DNA of 63,971 nt, counting the filler, from Sluysia triapertura (lineage: Eukaryota): assembly GCA_046118255.1 (NCBI GenBank). It is 4 parts of 4 records of this genome, joined end to end, with 100 filler letters (N's around TTAATTAATTAA, not from the genome) between each part and the next. Parts side by side here need not be neighbours in the genome. Positions count along the whole stretch, not along the records: positions 12,340 to 40,265 come from JBJNIA010011095.1; positions 40,366 to 53,196 come from JBJNIA010079377.1; 2 more parts are not named here. One strand, written 5' to 3'. Below the pieces are notes generated by a model that was not told the origin of the DNA, searched no databases, and was given only the letters and a program-made list of their open reading frames with translations. This document shows positions 40,026 through 53,196 of the stretch, piece after piece. The first letter of the stretch is position 1. Each line of letters opens with the position of its first letter. Position numbers and translations under genes: made by a program.

Positions 40026-40265
40026 TTGTTATGGGGAAAGCCATTCATTGACTCATCAGTGTCATCAGTAACAAGTGAATTTTCAGAGTCATCATCGGGA
40101 ATTGGTTCTGTTAACACAGTAATGTTCACTTTTTCTAGTAAAAATAATTATAAGGCTAAGAAATCATTCTGGACATCATTATTAATATTAATGATTGTAT
40201 TTTTAACTTTGATAGGTACAGTTAAGTCAATAGATATTGAGGAAGAATATAGAAAGTTATATTCA
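40026..40265 (+). CDS. Ser-rich linker then signal-peptide-like segment, truncated by the assembly gap
   Basis: KAKKSFWTSLLILMIVFLTLIGTVKS-IDIEEEY has a basic n-region, hydrophobic h-region and small-residue cleavage site. It is in the same frame as the C-terminal half of the second protease. Confidence 0.5.
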
Positions 40266-40365
40266 NNNNNNNNNNNNNNNNNNNNNNNNNNNNNNNNNNN
40301 NNNNNNNNNTTAATTAATTAANNNNNNNNNNNNNNNNNNNNNNNNNNNNNNNNNNNNNNNNNNNN

Positions 40366-40440
40366 TTGTTTCTTTGTTAGGTCGCCAGAAATATTCGAGT
40401 CACAAATTGGGTCGCGAATAAAAATTAGTGGGAATCCCTG
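40366..40440. mobile_element. hAT (Charlie-like) element terminus
   Basis: GGTCGC repeats followed by AAAAATTAGTGGGAATCCCTG, resembling the reverse complement of a CAGGGxTTCCCAAACT-type TIR. Confidence 0.5.
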
Positions 40441-41190
40441 AACTATAGTATAGTAAAATTGGAATAACTATTTGAATATTCCATTGTGTGCAGCACCTTG
40501 TTTTATGGTTTTTGGTTTACTTTAATTTAATTCTATGTCATACAATATCAAAATACTAATAACGTTTTTATTAACCTCAAAACTCTTTATTTTTGTGACT
40601 TGTCATAAATCCTGGCTAAAAAAGTGATCATTTTTTACGGTCTCTTCGAAAATAATTGTTTTAAAAGTATTATTATTACCATTATTATGATTATGATTAA
40701 GATTATTATGAATATTATTATTATCATAGCACATTTTATTATTTTTCTCCTTTTATCCAAATTTGCTACTGTTCATAAAATTACATTGTAAGAATATTAC
40801 TAAATAAATTATATTATTTTATACAATTATAAATTAGATAATTTATAAAAAAATACCATTTGTAAATATTATTTAAACAATTATTTAATAATTTAAACAT
40901 TAATATAAATGCATAGATAAACATGTTAATGAAAGTAATTCTGTACTTATTTTGCGCCATTTCAATTGGAAGACTCGACAACTTCAGTCGAATTTATTAA
41001 GGAAGTGACTATTTTGATTATCTATTAAATTACAAATTGTAAAGTTTACTTTAATTAATTAATTTTTATAATCTTTATTAAATATTAAGTGCATAATGTT
41101 CATTAAGTGAAGTGTGTCTGCGAGTAATAATGTTTAATATTTTCTGTACTACTTAGTCTTAAATTCTCAAATAGATCAATTAAATTTCAG

Positions 41191-41572
41191 TATTAGAAGC
41201 CGTAACTGTGGCTGCCGATCATTTGGTGAACAAAACTCGTGGTCGTCGAAGTATCGGTCGTAAAAGGATCATAATAATGTCATATCTGGATGGCGAAATT
41301 GATTGGTCTAATTTGGATGATATCACAGCTGCACTGAAGGCTGAAGAATTTGAAGTAGATGTCATTAGTCGTCGTGAATTACCAGAAGATGACGACGTTA
41401 ATGAGAAGCAGGACCCCAAATCGTGTGATGCGGGAGCTGGGGACGAAGGCGGCACCAACAAAAACCACAGAAACATATTTGATGGGTATAAACTGTCGCC
41501 GGTTGTATTGTTAAATGAAACAATGCTTCAAAGGTTGATTACAGATACTGATGGAGCTTCGTATTCATTCAC
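41191..41572 (+). CDS. XRCC5: Single exon of Ku80 (vWA domain)
   Basis: tttcag acceptor and gttagt donor. LEAVTVAADHLVNKTRGRRSIGRKRIIIMSYLDGE...LDDITAALKAE...DGASYSF aligns by eye with Ku80 [33 protein letters not shown]...LDIIIHSLKK...IYSF. Confidence 0.75.
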
Positions 41573-41587
41573 GTTAGTTTAATAATG

Positions 41588-43626
41588 CACCAACACCTCA
41601 CTTTGCGTTGGGGTTACGTTCCAGAAAAATACGACGCAAAGTGAATTAAGATTTTCTATAGCAAACCATGTAAAGATCGAAGATAGGTTCCAGGTTTACG
41701 AAAATACTACTTTTAAAAAAAGAAAACTGAACAAAGTGAACACTTAAAAAACAAAAATAATATAAAATTTTATTACATACATACAAAAAAAAACAAAAAA
41801 ACGTATTCAATTAAAACAAAATAAACTATTCAATTAATTATGAAAAACAAACTTACAATTAATAACTGTCTGATGAGTCCATAGTGGCTGTTGTCGTAAG
41901 TCGGCTTTCTTTCACAAAAAATTGATCCAATGTTTGCTGAACAGCTTTTTTTTCAACGTAAAATAAATTTCCTCGTAGTAATTGATATTCACAGCTACCT
42001 CCTGCACACTTTAAAACTCCTTCCACTGTCAGGATCGTTTTTTAAAAATCTCCATAGCTTCGTCAATCAAACACATCGCTTTGGAAATTTGTTTGGAGGT
42101 TAAATTTTGTTCTTCCGATATTTCTATTAGCAATATCATCTTCATTAGCAAACCGCAATTCCATGGTATGCTTATCTTGTCCATCAGTCTCACTTAAAAG
42201 AAGTTTAAATGTCCGTCGAAGGTAATAACTTTTAAAAGTCGATATTACTTCCTGATCCATCGGCTGAATAACTGGTATCGTATTAGGCGGCAAAAATACA
42301 AATTTCACGTTTTCTGGCAACTCATCAACATAAACTGGTGGCCAGGAACATTGTCTACTAGGACCAATGCCTTGAAGTTTAAGTTTCCCTTGTTGCAATA
42401 AGTTTTAATTTCTGGAATAGCACAAGTTGAAACCCAGTTTTGAAATAATGATGTTGTCATCCATGCTTTTTTGTTTGCTCGCCAGTTGACAGATTCTTTG
42501 AACCTTTCATAGCTCTTGGATTTTCTGATTGATAAATGAGAAATAGTTTATATTTGAAATCACCATTTACATTACCACCAAGAAGAAGAGTCAGTCTATC
42601 CTTGCTAGCTTTAAATCCTGGCGCAGATTTTTCTGTTTTAGATATGAAAGTTCTGTTAGGTAGACGTTTCCAAAATAACCCAGTCTCGTCAACACTAAAG
42701 ACGATTCGGATCATAGCCACCTTCATGAATTAATGCTTTTAACTCTGTCGGGTAGCGTTCTGCAGCAGTTATATTAGCGCTAGCTGCTTCGCCTTTAAGA
42801 GCAATGGTGTGCAGATTTGCTCAAACCTTGAATCTCTCAAACCAGCCCTGACTAGCTTCAAATGTTTCATTATTGTCTGCATTACTGCCACTAGCATTAT
42901 CGTTGGATGCTCCTTACTTTTTATGTCATCAAATAAGCTTTTTTCTTTCGTCTGAATTACCATTTTTCTTAATGGTATTCTCTGCGCAACTTGATTTTCA
43001 ATCCAAATAGAAAGCAAGGACTCCATTTTCATCACCAAAGAACTCCTTGTACGGATCATCGTTTTAGCATCTATTGATGTTGCAGATTTTGCAGCCTCTC
43101 TTATTTTATCCCCATCTCGATCTCTAATAGTTCTCACAGTTGTTGCAGCCAGACCAACAACCTTTGCTATCTCCGCAGCCTTTTCTCCCTTATCAAATCG
43201 TCGCAGAATATCTAATTTATCTAATTTCCACTCATTTGGCTAAAAAAATTACAAATGTATGTATGCCAATAAATAAATTGGAAAAATATTTACCTCTTCT
43301 GTAACCAGAAACAACCCGTAAACATTTATAAAAAGTTATTATTCTCTTTTAAAAAAAACACAACACACTACATAATTGAAACTGAAAACAACTGAAACAA
43401 AGTGAAAATAAAATTGCGTTGATTTTCAGTTAGAAATGGAATCCCCGAGTTCTGATGGCATGGCACAATTAGAAACAAAAGTAGTGCCATCTTTTAGAAA
43501 AAAGAAAATTTCAAAAATAATTAAAACAATGCATCCTCGAAAATCTAACAACGTACAGCAAAAATTAGTATTAATTAAGCAGCGACGCAACTTCGAAAAA
43601 ATGCAAAACGAAACGAGGTATTGGTG
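41588..43626 (-). mobile_element. Tigger-like (pogo family) DNA transposon, near full length, decayed
   Basis: TIRs CACCAACACCTC and reverse complement CACCAATACCTC, with TA on the right. HTH (KLDILRRFDKGEK, MESLLSIWIE), DETGLFWKRLPNRTFISK...PGFKASKDRLTLLLGGN, and VFLPPNT..IQPMDQEVISTFKSYYLRRTF. Confidence 0.92.
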
Positions 43627-44212
43627 TATAACTAATATTTTATATAGGTTATATATAAAACACAAGTTAATATAAGTAAAGTTTCACATCTTACAACTCT
43701 GTGTTTACAATTGTGTTTAACACCTTCCCAACAACCACCACATCCTGCAATAAGTATTATATAATCACTACACAAAAAGAATTAACTTCCATGATGTATA
43801 TCGACCAATAATAAAGTGATTTAATTGTTGGAATTTATAAGAAATAAAAATTAAATAAATTTTACGATAAAATATTATATTTGTTGTGCAAATAATTGTA
43901 GTATTTTTAATATAAATTGTAGTAAATAAGTAAATATTCTAAACATAAAATAGACTCCCTTTGTCCCGAAATATGGTATACATTTGAAAAGCAGTCGTAC
44001 ATTGTCGTGAATATCAAAAATCTGGACAATGTTCATTATATTAGTATTGTATATAGATTGAATGTCACTAACATAATTGACAGGTGCTGCGTTCGTGTAA
44101 AGTTAGAACTTGACAATCATAGATATCTTATAGAGTTGATTTATTTATTTAATAAAAATTTTATAAATAAAATAGATCCTTTGATCAAAAATATCGAGAT
44201 TTATTAACAAAT

Positions 44213-44265
<53 letters not shown>

Positions 44266-44385
44266 TCATTAAAATAATTGTTCAATATGAAAAACATTAT
44301 CTTCTTAAATATTTTACAATCTTCCAGTGATTTGACATTCCGCGGTAACTAATTATATATGATTTTGAAACGTAAACAATTTATA

Positions 44386-44604
44386 CAGTGGATCCCCATA
44401 TAACGCGATGATAAAATTTCGACAAACCTCGCGTTAATTTTATTATTATCCACGATGAGTTCGACATCTATGAGTTGATAATTAAACTATTGTTATTGGT
44501 CCATGTTTGTTTATGTTCGCTTTGTTGTATTCAGTTACAACTCTCATAACACAATAGTTAAGTTCCACGTTATACGAGAGTCCCCATATAAACGAATTCC
44601 ACTG
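44386..44604. mobile_element. Tc1/mariner-pogo type MITE
   Basis: TA|CAGTGGA...TCCACTG termini, with internal ATAACGCG/CGCGTTA and CCCCATATAA repeats. Confidence 0.6.
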
Positions 44605-44885
44605 CAATTTATCACTATCTACTCTACCTAATTTTACATTGATACAGCAGCAATTTTTTTGTTACACTGTCTGCTGAGATATGAATCAATTATTCGCTGT
44701 CTGATGTCGTTTGTTAAAATGATTTTAAATATTATAAATTTTAACGAAAACCCTATATTATTGTTCATTCCGTATAAATTGTTATATCTTAAAGACATAT
44801 TTATATTGGTTTCTGAAATTTTTAATCACGACTTCTCAATGGATGCATTTTTATTGATTTTGAATTTAGTCGTCTTTTATTGTAA

Positions 44886-44957
<72 letters not shown>

Positions 44958-45040
44958 AACTATTATTATCAATTTGTTTTTACTAAATTTTGTAAGCAAA
45001 TATATTCCTAATAAAATAAATTAATTTCTTAAAACTAAAA

Positions 45041-45279
45041 TTAACCGTGATTTTTGCCTGTTATCGGCAAACGTCGATTTTGCGCCCATGCTGTATTCTC
45101 GGAATACTTCAGTTTTGGTCTGACTGCTTCTACTGGTAAAACTCGTCGTCGTTGTTTTGGCAGTTTACTGCGTGCTTGTGTATGAGAGTAGAACATAGAA
45201 AAATTGGAAACAATAACAGGAACTGGAAGAGAAATTGTAAGTACACCTGTTACAGCACATAAGGCTCCAACTAACATAC
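45041..45279 (-). CDS. Shaw: Shaw/Kv3 potassium channel, S6 and C-terminal exon
   Basis: ttcag acceptor, phase 1, matches the upstream exon. [51 protein letters not shown]. It may end at the stop at 45041 or splice at gttaat. Confidence 0.93.
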
Positions 45280-45854
45280 CTGAATATTTGATTATTTCAT
45301 TAAAAAACCACGTCAGATTTAATCTAATAATAATAATAAGAAATAATATTATTATAATTAGAAGCTTTATCTGTAAATTATTTTATATTCTAAATGTGAC
45401 TCTATTAATTATTTCTGGAGTCAAATGCTCAAATACAAAAAGCGTTCTGACAGACCTTATATTATGCAGATTTTAAAAAATTTTAAAAAACAATTCGTTT
45501 TAATAAATGGTTTTAAAACTTGAATTAGACATATTTCACTTGTTTAGAAATTCAACACGATCATAATACTATTCGCTTCCATTATTATTGATCATTGATT
45601 TCGAAGCTTGTACATGGTTTAAAGAAATCCACGATTTACCACAGTATATGTTTATTAACAATGATAAATTCTGTAATTATTGTTATTTTTATTGATTGAT
45701 TCTAATTTTTTATAATATCAGACTTTTAAATTTGGACAGTGAATAATACAGTTACTAGCTTGACTCACTTAAATTTAGAATGAATAATATTTTTAAAAAA
45801 TGATGAGTAATAATTATTAGATAAGTAATAATTATTACGATCATTTGATATTAA

Positions 45855-45926
45855 CACATTATGAGCGGGTATCCTTAAGTGACAGTCCATAAAACGGGTA
45901 CTAATACCCGCCCCGCTCATAATGTG
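45855..45926. mobile_element. 72-bp piggyBac-type mini element
   Basis: TTAA|CACATTATGAGCGGG...CCCGCTCATAATGTG|TTAA: perfect 15-bp TIRs. Confidence 0.8.
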
Positions 45927-46393
45927 TTAAAATTGAATTAGTTATTTCATTTTGTAATGATAACTTATGCAAGCACTGAGAAATCACAATGATCAAATAT
46001 ATTACCAAGGTAAGCTATAGAAATATCATTTCATGCGTAAAATAAAATCTTTATCATTATTGGTTTAATATTTTTCACATGTTAGACATAAAAATACCAT
46101 CATTCAGTTCCATTTTTAATGTTTTTGATAGAAAAGGACTTAAACTTAGAAACGAAAACTTATCAAATTTTAATCTTTTATTAATCTGTATTGAATATCC
46201 ATAAATTACGACAAATTGCATTAAGTGACATTCTCATTACGATCATCTTGTCGTATGAAATTTATCCGTTTATCATTTTTATTACAATTATCATTATTTC
46301 CGTTATTATTAGAAATATTATCAATAATTATGCCATTGTTATTAATTTTGTAATTTATTTCTAAAATTATTTTTCTTTTACAATTATTAATTT

Positions 46394-47373
46394 TGTGAGG
46401 GTTTTTTCTTAACCTACTTGCAAAATATCTGAAGAGTTGGTCCGCCTAATATATAGGATTTATGCCACTATTGGAGACGTATTATTAGGATTTTTATAAT
46501 TTATACTTAAGAAAACTTTTGCTTATGTCTTACTCTAACAATTAATTATTGCGTTATAATTATAGATTTTATATTTACACAACTCTCTTTAAGGTGTTAC
46601 TTTAAAAACAAATTTGATTTAAATTTATAAATTACACAACCCTTTTGGTAAGGTATTGTTTGAAAACAATGATTTATTTTACGTAAAATAAAATAATAAT
46701 CCTACAAAAATCTGTTAAAAAATCGTACACAGAAATTTAATATTATAATAATGATATACAATTTAATAATTCAACCTTAGTTGATTACATATAAGTTTAA
46801 TTTAAAGATTACCCAATCCTCTTTAAGGTGTTTGTACGAAAATATTAAAATAATTTAAGTAGATTTTAGTTTTCTTGTATACAGTGAATACGAAAAACTT
46901 ATAAAGAAAAAATTACTTAGGATGCATGGATCTTCTAAAAATTTGATGGTACCTTCGTCGAGTTCCTAAATTTTATTTTTATTCTAATCCTTCTAATTAT
47001 ATTATATTGTTGTTCTGATTCCTACAAAATTTTAAAGAATTTATATAGTAATTTACTTTACGCCATTTTAATTTAAATTTTTCTTAAATAAATATAAAAA
47101 TTATCAAAAATAATTACCTAAATTAGTTATTTAAACAAAATATTTTCTTTCTAATAAATTAAACAAAAGGTTTTTTGGTATTTAATTAATTTTATTTTTA
47201 ATTTAAATTTTAAAGTAATAATTTCTTTAATTTTAATATTTGTTTTTTAAAATTATTAATTTCTTTTTAATTTTCTTATTTTTACTAATTTATTTAATAA
47301 TATTTGTATAATAATAATAATATTTACAAGATAAATTTTACAGTAGATAAAATGTAAAATTTACAATCCAACA
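46394..47373. mobile_element. Solo-LTR-like repeat, family B, copy 2
   Basis: TGT...ACA termini with ATTT on both sides (possible 4-bp TSD). Colinear with 14738-15838. Degenerate hairpins at ~46579, ~46636 and ~46811. Confidence 0.7.
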
Positions 47374-47740
47374 ATTTTATTAGTAATTTTTTATTATTAC
47401 TTTTATAAGTTCCATAAATTTTATTCTTTTGATTATTAACTTAATTTCTATATTACTTTTTTAATTTTTATTACTAATTAATTTTTATATTCAATTAAAT
47501 TTATTTTTAATTTAATTTTTATTATTTATTAATATTCGATTCAGACATATGATTCAACAATATGACCGAATAGGTTTTAACCAAATATTTTGTATATAAC
47601 CTAACTAGTAAATAGTTAAATGTTCGATTCATCAATAGAAAAATTTCTAATTTGATAGTATTATTTGACAAAATAGAAGATAAATGAAATATTAACAAAA
47701 TATTATCATAACTCTATTATTGTTAAAATAGTTTTACATC

Positions 47741-48583
47741 CGATAGATTGTCATCACGACCCTTTAAATGCTTTAAAATTATTTATAATTGTCTAAAAAC
47801 ACTTAATAAGTGTTCATTTTCCAAAAAAGAAAATACAATTTATAAAAAAGAAAATTCGCTTTTATAAATAAAATAAAAGTTTCCAGAATGTTCTAGAACA
47901 TTCCATCGATTTTCATTGGCTGATCACTAGTATGTAAATCAGCATCATTTTAATGAAAATGGCCATTTTATAATTAGTTTAACAAAATTCAGCGCAATTT
48001 GTAATTTTAACCAATTAATACACAAATTTTCTTTATAACCGACGCTATTTTGAAACAATATATTTTAACTCATGGACAGATCGGACTGGACTTCGAACAA
48101 ATTTATTATACGAGGATTTTCATATTCCATGAAAGGGTAACTTACTTTATTTTCAAGGCGATTTTGATTTTTTATAAGTCAAGATCTGAAAATACAGGAA
48201 ATTTAATTCTTAGATTTAATATTGTAAGAACCCCAACAAATTGAGGGGAAATTTTCTACTTAAAATTTGAAAGCAATTACATCGAATATCCCAAGATGAT
48301 TTAGATCATAAAATAATATTTACGTCTTATTTTGTTGTTTTCTATTCTGTATCATAATCTATTATAAACGTATATTTAGTTTAATATATAATTTAAAAAT
48401 AAAAATAATTGAGTCTTTTATATTTAAAATTAAGATCCTCGTAACAAATTCGCTAGAAACGGTTAAACGTATTTTTAAGTGAATATAGTTAACTTATCAA
48501 GTTGCAGAAACGCCAACGTTTACTGTAACCGGACCCTGCTCAAATTTTTATTTTGCCGTAGGTTTAGCTTTAAGAAAACCACA
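47741..48583 (-). mobile_element. Solo-LTR-like repeat, family A, inverted copy
   Basis: GATTGTCATCACGACCCTTT...GACCCTGCTCAAATTTTTATTTTGCCGTAGGTT...AAGAAAACCACA is the reverse complement of the family A termini. Confidence 0.68.
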
Positions 48584-48894
48584 GTGCATCGGTCAAAGTG
48601 TCCTTGAAAAAGACAAATACCTTTACAAAATGTATTTCAACAATTGAAACGAAAATATTTTCCTTTTTTGCTATTAAAAAAGGTAGTTTAAATTTATGTA
48701 AATTTAATAATTTAATATAAGAATGTTACATGCTTGTTTACTTAGGGAAGCTTTTGTTGATTTTTCCGCTAATTTTCAAGGCATTTTAATTTGAAATAAA
48801 AGCATAGATTAATGATTTACAAAAATGAAAAAAGTAATTATTTCATAATTTAACTAAATTTTAATACTACATTTAAATAATTTTGAAAACTTAC

Positions 48895-49759
48895 CGGGAT
48901 AAGTCTTAGGCACCATATCACCATATCCGACCGTTGTCATGGTACAAATAGCCCACCATAAACCATTTGGTATTGATGTGAAATGATTAGAATCATTCTT
49001 TGTAAATCTTTCTGCATAATAAATCAATGCTGCAAATACAGCAATGAAAACAATTAGAAAGAACACCAATAAAGAAAGTTCTTTGGCACTGGCTTTAAAA
49101 GTTAAAATTAGAATTTTTAAACCGGAAATGTGTCTCGTTAATTTAAACAAACGCATTATGCGCAAAATGGATAAAAATTCAATGAAATTTGATTTGTCTA
49201 TTTTTAAATACATCAGCGATACATCAATGTAAAACGATATTAACGCTAAAAAATCGATAATATTTAATGAATTAATAAAAAATCTCATTCGTGAATAAGC
49301 AACCAATAAACGTAGAAATAGTTCAATTGAAAACCATATATTACATAAACATTCCGTATAAAAGAAAATTATGTGTGGAAGAGGATACGAGCTTGCTTCT
49401 AGTGACCAAGAAGAATTATCTGAACCGACAGAAATATTGTATAATAATGGTATTGTGTAACTAGGATATGTTTTTAGACAAAATGAAAATATCGATAATA
49501 AAATAATAAAAATGCTTATTCCAGATACAACTTTGGCAAAATTTGATGAATAAGGTTCTTCCATTATTGACCAAAGCTTTGGTTTCCAGGACTGCCACCA
49601 CGTCAATTCGTTCATTTCGTATTCGTCTTCTAAATCGAATTTTTTGTACAATTCAACTTCATTTGTTCTTTCAGATTCAATATCCATTTTTTCTAGAATT
49701 TGTAGTGTATCTTGAGTGCTTCTGTGTGCAGTGTATGTCATCCAGCAACACGGTTCTAC
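48895..49759 (-). CDS. Shaw: Shaw/Kv3 potassium channel, exon from the end of T1 through S1-S5 and the pore
   Basis: tttcag acceptor then VEPCCWMTYTAHR, EEPYSS, S4 ILRIMRLFKLTRH, GLWWAICTMTTVGYGDMVPKTY; gtaag donor. Confidence 0.96.
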
Positions 49760-52442
49760 CTGAAATTATAAAGTAAAAAAGGACCTCCTAATATATCAAT
49801 GGAAAGGTAAATTTATTATCCTTTTTTACACTTTTATAGTTGGAACTCTTGCTTCGTAGGTTCTATCATGAATCTACAAAGATGATATATCTTACAAGCA
49901 ACAAATAAATGGAACCTTTTCTCGTATATTCATTTCTTCTCTTTTTACATATATCACTCCACCTTGTTCATTATCTACCTATTCTTAACTTTAATAATAC
50001 AATATTTCTACTTAAAAGATTAGAATGAAAGTCTTGTCCGATAGAAAATAATATTTATTTAACTAATAAAGACAACATGTAAATTGAAAATAAAAACAAA
50101 ACATCAATCGTCTGTAAATAACTAAAATATTTCAATGTTTTATGAAGAAATGTTTAGTTTAAATGCATTATTAAATCCTTTTTTAAATGTTTAATTTCTA
50201 TCTTATACTTAAATAATTGTTTCAGATAGATATATCATTTAAAAAATATTTTGTGGTATATGATGGAGTTTAAGTGAAGCAACTTGAAGAAGCTGGAATG
50301 AATGCGTCAGCAATTGAGAAGAAGGTATTGTGAGAATTGCAAAACGAAGAGAAAAGTGAGCGATCATTGGTTAAAGATGATGTTTTGTTTATGTCTCAAT
50401 TTAAAGGTTTTCTTTATTGATTAAATAAATATTATTTTCTATCGGACACGACTTTCGTTCCAATCCTATGTTTAACATTTGCTTTTTGAACAAGAGAAGA
50501 AATGCATTGTTTGTATTGTTTGTCATACATATAAGAATGACGACGACTGAAGGTAAAAGTTATCCGTCATACATGTATGAATGTGTAAAGAAATTTTGTG
50601 CAAAAATAATTGGAAAATTTAAGTGAACCAATCACAAACAAATAAACTAAATAATTGAACATTTGTATTTAAATATAATTTATTAAGACATCAAAAACAT
50701 AATTTCTGATTATTTAAATTTCGAATTATTACAGCGTTTTTATAAGTTGAAATAACAATTTTTCTAAGTATTATTATTATTATTTTAAGTGCTTGGATAT
50801 CTAATGGAAAAGAAATTTTCCAAGTCATTTCATTATTATACGTTAAATGTAAATTAAATTAAATCAAGTAGTTTTATTGTTTTTATTTTTTATATTAATC
50901 TTTTTTCGTTATAAAGTGATGCAAGTACATAAATTAATTTTTGAATTTTTTATTTTTTTTGTTAATAATTTTGTTTGCAAGCTTTAAGATTTGGTCAAAG
51001 TATACTTTTTGTAAAGTGTAGTCAAATGAAGTAACGTCTTGATGACAGCAATCTTATTGCTGATTTTCTGATGGAATTTCGCAAAATAAGACTTTGATAC
51101 TTTTCAAATAGCGCATTGCAGATTCGGGGTCACATTGATCGAATTTAAAGTTGGCATTTATTTCATAACAATTCGGTATAAGTTCAAATGCAAGACCCTA
51201 TCGAAGTTTCACAAACGAAAATCATGACCATCTTTCTCTATACATTCACCTTCAACGTCACAAAATGCTTTTTCATCCAGATTATTTGTCCAATCACGAT
51301 GCAGTAATATGCAAAGCCTAAAGTTCATGATTTTGTAATCAGACATCAAAAAATAGAAAAAATAAATTACCTTTCATAATAGTTACATTGTTATGAAACA
51401 TAACACACTGTGAGTCACCAGTGAACATGATATGATCATAATGAACACACACATGCCACAAAAATATACAAAAAAGCATCGTTTGTAATGGTGAATATGT
51501 ATAGAATTATTTGTTACGTAAAAATGCGGTTCTAAGTGTGTATGTGTTAGTGTGTAAGTATTTCCATCAAATTAACATATAGAAATAGTGTAAAATAATA
51601 TAAAATACACATACATTTCTTAAATTTTATCGTCAAAATCTGATAAACTAAAAAAATAGCTTTTTTCATTGTTTATGTATGCATTTATGATGATTATGTT
51701 TTGAGTTTGAATTCAGTATATAGCATATTCTTCATTTCGATATCATCAAAATCATTGTCATAAATGTTTTTAATAAAATAGTGTTTGTAGACGGCATTTT
51801 GGTTCTTGACTGACCAGTATCTGTTGCCACTTATATTTGAAAGAACATTGTGGTCCACTTCACAATGTACAAATTTATTATTAATAGGCTCAAATAGATA
51901 ATGTTACAATTTCTTTATTAATATTATTTTTACTATACTTTAAGCACAATTATCGTACATTACACAATCATAAATTATACAATCAAATCTCCAATCTTTG
52001 TCATTTAAAATTACAATTTTGGAATGCACACCTTTTCTAGATCAAATAATGCTTGTTACACTCATTTTGCTAATCAGTTCGTAACAAATCATATTAATAC
52101 AAGGATCATTTCTTATTGCAAACGTTACTATCTTTATCGTAGAAATAATTCGTAGTTTGTGTATTCCCTTTACGATCTTCAGTAAATGAAATTTTCATGA
52201 ATATAATGATGCTCTATCAGTTGTTCTATTTGCATATATATACATATATATACAAAAATACTATTATCCAAATTACTAATACCAGATACAAATTAATGCT
52301 CACTCTACTCTATAAAACAAATTCAATATTAACCAATCAGAACTATCTATACTAATTCAAATTAAGTCGCGCCAGTAAACATGGTAACTCCACACTCTCC
52401 CGTGAGAAATGGAACTGGTTTAGCACGAATATGTCTATCCAC

Positions 52443-52477
<35 letters not shown>

Positions 52478-53124
52478 TTCCAAATTCATCATATAAATAA
52501 ATATAATGAATGTCAATAAAACATGCGTAATATAATATTCATTTATTTTAACGAGATCCTAAAATTTCATTTAATAAAATTATTTTAAAATAAAATCAAA
52601 CATTCTTTTCATTTAAATTTATTATTTTAATAAAATTAAAAGCATTATCATCAAGATTATAAAGCTTAATATCAATTTAAAATGAGATTTAATAGAGTTA
52701 ATATAAATTCAAAATTTAATAACAAATAGTAACTAGTTTTTAAATTGAAATTAAACAAATTGTCATTTTAAAATGAGATTCTATAAAAACAATGTAATAT
52801 TGAATTTTAAAAACATAAATATCATTGTAATATAAGAGTTGAATTTTATTAAATTGAGATTGAATAAAATTTGTAAGTAATCAATGGTTAATAGCATTAC
52901 TCTCGATCAGAATTAAATTAAATTAAAGATTGGGCTGAATAGACAGAATATTAAAATTCAAAAGCATTATAATCGAGAAAAATCATATAAAATTATGAAT
53001 AAATACAAATTGTATACAACTAAAATTTAATAAAAAGTATAGTTAAACAATTCAGACCAGAAACAATAATAATAATTATTATTTATTATCAGTAATTGAA
53101 TTTATTATTATTATCATGCTTAAT

Positions 53125-53196
<72 letters not shown>

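Noticed and set aside
41219-49776. Antisense ORFs over Ku80, Tigger and Shaw (41219-41476, 42536-42733, 45204-45476, 49044-49232, 49543-49776)
   Set aside because: Shadow ORFs opposite real coding sequence.
51000-51480. Possible small secreted Cys-rich gene on the minus strand (MLFCIFLWHVC..., gtaat donor)
   Set aside because: The downstream frame needs frameshifts and has stops; no recognisable family.
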